From: Torpedo marmorata
Taxonomy: Eukaryota
DNA: 64,000 nt
Direction: 5' to 3'
NCBI GenBank assembly: GCA_977017645.1
Contig: OZ360220.1
Span: 214,644,001 to 214,708,000, forward strand
Shown here: piece after piece, positions 57,691 to 64,000 of the stretch
Layout: the number at the start of each line of letters is the position of its first letter
How positions within the stretch are numbered: position 1 is the first letter of the stretch
Translations under genes and position numbers: made by a program
The notes under the pieces: model-generated
Seen by the model: only the letters and a program-made list of their open reading frames with translations
Databases searched by the model: none
What the model was told of the DNA's origin: nothing

Positions 57691-59869
57691 AATGAAAAAG
57701 TTTATTTTATATTTAGTCCTCAGTGAACCAGCTCAGCCCTGTGCCAAACACTTGGTGTGGCTATGGTTCAGTATTCAACATTCTCGCCTCAGAGTCTTGT
57801 ATCTTGAATGCAGGCACAGACCTGAAATAGCTCAATTTCTGATGAATCATTGATGGTTGGCATGCAGGAACCTGGAACCTTGCGGACTTTGCGGACTTGC
57901 CAACTAGTGAATCTGTCCACTCTCTCACCTGGACAGTTTGCTGACTGAAGGTGTGAGATTTTCTACTCCTCTTTGTGTAGTGTGGATCAGCAATCCCATG
58001 CTGCCGTTGTGTGCTTGAATGGGACTCTCTGTCTCCAGGTTGGATCTGCTTTATTTCACTGAGACTCTTTTGGTGTGGATCATCAGTGAGGACACAGCTT
58101 TGCTTGCACTGCTGGCTTCATCAGGCTGCAATCTATGTTTACAATCTGGGGAAGTTGCACTGCCTGTACTGGAAAGGAGAAGAAATACCAGTACACTCCA
58201 TAACCAGGCAGTGTGTGAACATGGACAGATAATTATACAGGTGAAAGCTTGGTCTGCTGGCAGCATAGATTTGATCCCTGGATGCTGGAAAGGGCTGCCG
58301 TGTCTACAATAAACATTGTGTGCCGACTATCATCTTGGGCTACCTGCTGAAGATGTGGTTAATGACTGGTGTACAGTTGTCCACACATGGCAACATGTTT
58401 ACAGTGAAGTTAAACAAGAAAGTCTGCAGATGCTGGAGTTGAATGCAATGCATAAACATGGTGGATAAACTCAGCAGGTCACACAGCATCCATAGGAAGT
58501 AAAGGGTAACCGATGTTTTGGGTCCAATGAATATCGTGCTGCCAATGAAATGCAGTTAGGTAGATTGTTGGTCTGCTGAAGCACTGACTCCTCTTCCTGT
58601 GGTGCTCTGGAGGCACCCGAGTGTACCTAGCAGAGCTGGGATCAGCACATGTGGTGTTCATCTGCATACTGCACAAGCTGCCCATGCTCAGGACATGCTC
58701 CCTGTCACCAGCTCTACAGCCAGTAGCTTCAGTGCAAGAAGGGGAGGAAATTAAGACAAGATTGCTTATGCCCAAACTCTCTGTGAAGAACTAACTCAGG
58801 TGTAGGCCAGTAGTCAACCCCAGTGCTTATTCATTGTCTGCCTCAGATGTTTGCCTTCTCTTTGTCGCCGTATACACCACCACAGTGCCCACTAGGTCGC
58901 AGTTTGAAAGTGAAATCTACCACAAAATAAACATTCCAAAAAAACTCCACGTGAAATCATTCCAATTCCAGACAGAAGTCTACTAATCCTTGGCTTTAAT
59001 GTGTCATCGCCCACTCCATGTGCTCATGCATAGTGCCGTACCTCCACAATGGCTGTCTTGGGGGCGGTGGAGACTGCTGGTCTTCAGCAGGGGAGACTGC
59101 AGAAGGATGATTTTCAGCAGCTCTGGGCTGGGAGACCTGGCCGAGGCATATGGCAGCTGTCTGGGTAACAGCCTGGAGGGTCATTGATGAGTGGGAGTGT
59201 GACTCCTGAGAGGGGACATTTGTGCAGGTTTGTGCTCTACCAAGCTGCTCCCCTCAGTAAGCCTCCTCATTTGTTGCAGTATGGTTTTCTGGGTTATTGT
59301 AAACATTGGAGCCCCTGGGCACTCTGAACCCACAACCAGGATGGGTACAGTCTGAGATCACATAACCTTAACCCAACACTAGCACCTTGGTTTCCAGTGG
59401 AAGTCACTATGACGGTTATCAAACACTGCATCGTGGTTTGAACTACAAGTGTCTCTCGATCTGACCACTTCCACTTTCACATTGAAAAGAATGGGGTCCA
59501 GGTACCATGAAGCCACATGTGATGCTGGAGCCGGAACCTCTGAGCTCATTGATATTATTGTAGTATTTCTGTCAGGTTTGTAAATGTCCCAGGTATTTCG
59601 CTGAGATATCCCTGAGGCTTACAGATTGGAGGCGGTTGTGGGTAAATCGGGAGCTGGGGTGTGAGCAGAAGTTTGGAATAAAGATGCCTTCATGCTGGCA
59701 GGCCATGGTCACTTCAACATTTGCCAAATGGAAACAACCATGACAAGGAGGATGTGCAAAACAGTAGGGAAAAGCCTTTGCTGTGCTGTTCCCAGGTTGC
59801 CAGTGATGAGGAACAGAGGATCTGTGGTAATCATCTTACCTGGAAGAAGTGGAGTCAAAGAGACATAAA

Positions 59870-60560
59870 GCAGAGAATAGGTTCTTTGGCCATGCTGACC
59901 AATATGTTATTTCTGAGCTAATCCCATTTGCCTGCACTTGGTCTGTATCCCTCCAACCTCCTCTTATCCATAAATGTGTCCATGGATGCATGGATGTTGT
60001 TATTGTGCCCACTTCTACAGTTTCCTCTGGCAACTCATTCCAGGTGTGGACCACCCTTTAAATGGAAAATAATGTTCTCTGAGGTCATTCCTAAATCTTT
60101 CCCCTCTTCCCTTAAACCTATGCCCTCCAGTTCTAGAATCATCTACCCTGAGAAAAGACTGTGAGCTTTCATTTTACCCGTGCCCTTAGGGTTTAGTAAA
60201 CCTCTATAAGATGACCCACCAGCCCCCTACGTTCCAGGGAATAAAGAACCAGCCTATCCAACCTCTCCCTAAAACTCAACCCTCCAGTCTGGGTAACATC
60301 CAAGTGAATCTCCTCTGCACCCCTTCCAATTTATTTGAAGGGAAAGGGTACGGAGGAGATCCCCTCTCCTAAAGCTAGGCATCTTGAACTACACACTATA
60401 TTCTAGGTTTAGCCTTGTACAGATGAATGATGAATTTCCAACTTTTGTCTTCTGTACTGCCCGATGAAGGCAAGTGTGCTAAACACCTTCTTCACCAGGT
60501 TATTCACCTGAGTTAGCGCTTTCAGGGAACTATGCACATGTAGCCCTCGGTCTCTCTCTT
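59870..60560 (-). mobile_element. Old HER1/CR1 3' fragment
   Basis: VHTWNELPEETVEVGTIT; CCAGCCTATCCAACCTCTCC; GTGAATCTCCTCTGCACCC. Confidence 0.8.
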
Positions 60561-60639
60561 CTGAGCCAATGCTGACACAAGTAAGTTAGGCATTGTCATG
60601 TTCAGGTTGAGTAAAAGGTTCTGATGTATTGCAAAAGTT

Positions 60640-61180
60640 AAATCTTACAAATTCTGGAAATATGCAACAATAACAGAGAAATACACAGCAAATTTGGTCA
60701 GTATTTGTGGAAAGCAAAACAGAATTTCAGGTTAAATGACTCTTCCTCTGAAATTGGAAATGAAACATATTTTAAATTGCAGAGAAATGGGGGAGGGGGA
60801 GGAAATAGAAAAGGAAATGTTTATGATAGGGTGGAGATGATCCAAATGGTGGTGGTGCCAGCTGAGAGAGGTTGATGAAGCCTGGTGGATAACAAAAGAT
60901 GTGGAGAAAAAAAATGCTGTAAATGTGAGGAACAAAACTGGAGTGTCTGGTTATCTGAAACCGTTGGATTCATTGTTTGGCCTGGAAAGCTGTAATGTCT
61001 TTGGTCAGATGAGGCGCTGTTTGTTCCTTGAGCTAGTGTTGGGCTTTTTGAAACAGTATAAGAGGCCAGGGATGGAGCCATCAGAGTGGGAGTGGGCTGG
61101 AGAATTAGATGTCAGGCAACTTAAATTTTGGGTCATCCATGCAGGTTTAGTGGAATGGAACTGTTTTGCCAGGCAGTCAC
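60640..61180 (-). mobile_element. Degenerate Penelope 3' end (GIY-YIG C-terminus plus terminus)
   Basis: Minus-strand remnant NSPAHSHSD.SIPGLLYC matches HFNSESHSHTHMAVHGLMY of 11626..12072. Confidence 0.72.
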
Positions 61181-63709
61181 CTAGAAGGATTGTTTGGGTT
61201 CCGGGATGATTGGGAGGGAGGGGGGAGGGGGGGGGGGTGGTGGGGTAACAGAGTAGGTGAAACATCAAGACAGTTGCACTTCTTCCATTTCATTGTGCTG
61301 TATTTTGAGAGTGTGACTCCTGGTTTAAGACATTCCAGTTCTGGTACTATAAGGTCAAAGGCTTCCACACAGAAAATTACCCAATTATTCCTCCTCTCGG
61401 TTTTCTGTCTTTATCTCAATACTCTTATTTTGTTTAATAATCTCATGTTTTGCACCTTGTAAAAGGCCTTCTCAAAGTCAATTTCAATTTTTTATCCTTA
61501 TCTATTTACGAGTTACAACCACAAAAATCTCTAACAAATGTGTTAACATAATTTATCTTTCATAAATTCATGCCCGATCAGATTATTGTTTTCTAAGTGT
61601 TTGTTACCATTTCCTTAATAATGCATTCCAGTGGTTCCTCCACAACTGATGCCAGGATAACTGATCTGTAGTTCCCCATTTTCTCTCTTTCTGTTTTTTA
61701 AACAGTGGAGAAACCACAAACACTGTTAAGGAAGATCAACTTCTGAAATCTCTCTCCTGTTCTTCCCCCAGGTACATTTTGTATCCATATTTGTTTGATG
61801 TGGGGATTAGAATGGTGAGGTGGGTCTTAGACTTCGATCCAGTCCAGACTGCTGGAAGGAAATGGGACGATCCACAATATAAAGCTTACCACAATTCCAT
61901 CTCAGAGACATTGGAAATATAAACTTCCCACTGCTACATTCTGAGGTTTGTCTAGGTTTTGTGGGGGAAGATTGGGATTGAGTTGTGTTAGGGAAGAACT
62001 TATCTGAATTCTAAACCTTTTCTCCCAACCTCAACTTATTTTTCTGAGCAATATGGGTCTAATAAGACCAGAAGTCTGAGAAGAAATACCGAGCCAAATT
62101 ATGTGAAGGCACCAGGTTAATGAGCACTGATTCTGCATTTTTATTTAGTCAATTCCACAATTCATTTGGGCACCTAATGATATTGTTGGCAGAAGCTGCT
62201 TAAACAAACTATAAATCAATGGGCTCAAATCTGTAGATGGTGGAAATCAGAAACTATAAACAGTATACACTGCAACCGCTCAGTGTGTCAAGCAACATCT
62301 GTCGAGAAAACAACAGGGTTAATATTCTGTTGAAATACTAACTCAGTTTCTCTCTTCAAAGATGCTGTCTAACCTATTGAATATTTAGAGCATTTTCTGT
62401 TTTCATTATAAATCAGTGGCAGGAAGGAATAATCAAATGTCCACTTTCTGTAAATACTGGTGATCCTGATAGGTACTAAATCTTATGCATTTATTTACAA
62501 ACGTAATAATGTTAACACAGAATCTATTAATTGCATTGGCAATTAATTTATGCATGCAATTGTTCAGAGAATTTTTTTATTTAAATGTTGAACTATGAAG
62601 TGCCAGAATCCTTTTTTATTTGGGAACAGTCTATCCCTGTGCACAAAGAGAGATGCCAACGTGTAGATTTTAGAGCAAAACATAATGGTTCTATTGGTGT
62701 ATGGGGATAGTGACAATAAATTGATAGTCCTGTCCTACTTTAACTTTATATGGAGCTCAGATACAAGTTCAATACTGAAAATATTGTGTTTTATATTGTC
62801 CACTATTGCCTAAAAGATAATATCAGGCAATAGAAAACCTACAATCAAAGCTTTGAAAAGTTTAAGAAAGGGGTGGTGGTGGTAGTAACAGCCACGGGAA
62901 AATATAAGCGAAGACTCTTTATGAACTTTTAATTGAAGATGCAGATTAAAAAATGGAGTGAAACATTTATCTTCTACATTTCTTCAATGACAAACTTCAA
63001 AATATCCCACTTTGCCAGTGTACAATAAACCTATTCGCTGGTAGTGGAATGGCACCCTCTCCATATTCATAACGTAAGAAGCCATTTGGTCCATTGATTC
63101 TGTGCCAGATCACAGAGAAATCCTGTAATTCTTGTTCCTCCACTTATTTCCCTATCACCTATCGTCTCTCACATGGCAATCATTAACATACCCACCCCTA
63201 AATATTGTCCTGATACCCACTCACACAAGCAGCAGTTTGCAGTAGCTAAATAATCTACCAGCATATTTTTGTGGCATGGATCGAAAACCAAGGAAGTCAC
63301 AGGGAAAACTGGTAAGCTCCATGCTGATAGCACCCGATTTCAGGATCAAAGTTTGCTTGCTGGAGCTGTGCAGCAGCACTAACTGCTGCATGATTCTGCT
63401 CTCTAATTAACTTGAATTTAAATTTCTTGGCTGCAGGGGTAGGATTTGAACTAATGTTACAAGATTGGTCATGCCTCTGAATTACTAGTCTGGCAAATTA
63501 ACCACTATTCCTTGTGCTGCTGTTTTCATGTAATGGATTATTATGGATTCCTTTTAACTAGTCTATCTCCTGTAGTATTGTCCACATTCAGTGAAACAGT
63601 GCAGAATTCCATGTCTCTACCTAATTTCTTTTCTCTTCACTCCTGAATTTAACAGTTTTCTGTTCAAACACTTTTATTTATCTCTCTGGTGTCCAGGGCA
63701 GAAAAGAGT

Positions 63710-64000
63710 TGTTACGAACTAACAAAGCTTGCTAGTACTAACAAATGAACAGCAATGGAAGATGCACCATACAATGGTAAATCAAAAAGAATAGTTTTTA
63801 TTAAACTATTAATAACATAACATATCTTACTTATCTCTACACTTAACTCTAACTTAAACCCCACTACTGTATGCGCAAATGTAAATGTGTGTGTGTTAAA
63901 GTTCAAACTATTTCAGTTTAAACTTGAATCTGAAAAAGTCAATTTTAAAGTCCAGTTTCAAACTTATTGTTGAACTTCAGGATCCCTTTAAATTGTGTTT
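63710..64000 (-). mobile_element. End of a second Gypsy-type LTR related to 3478-4359; runs off the window
   Basis: Starts TGTTAC; same order of motifs as 3478-3660 (CAGCAA..GAAGA.GCA, TTTATTAAA, AACCCCACTA, (TG)n); no PBS adjacent. Confidence 0.65.

Overview
Repeat-dense vertebrate genomic DNA. The repeat set (HE1/V-SINEs, HER1/CR1 LINEs, SacSINE1-like DeuSINEs, Rex1, Penelope, L1, L2, RTE) points to a cartilaginous fish, probably a ray; this is inferred by eye, not by database search. No host gene can be named: the window looks intronic or intergenic, with a few weak candidate exons. Best-supported features: (1) the 5' end of a Gmr1-like Gypsy element (882-bp LTR, tRNA-Pro PBS, one gag-pro-pol frame), broken by a young L1 with a 14-bp TSD and itself inserted in a related L1; (2) a complete 1954-bp pogo/Passer (DD35D) transposon with TA TSD, subterminal repeat arrays and an open 441-aa ORF whose first catalytic Asp is Glu; (3) two copies of a 5S-rRNA-derived SINE whose tail matches another non-autonomous, Rex1-like-tailed element in this window; (4) a hAT-type MITE whose interior is two inverted SINE tails; (5) an internally deleted Penelope with a 12-bp TSD and many Penelope ends with decayed hammerhead motifs; (6) a CpG-rich non-coding retroposon with three repeated YY1-like modules. 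There are two assembly gaps. Boundaries of old, degenerate repeats are approximate.
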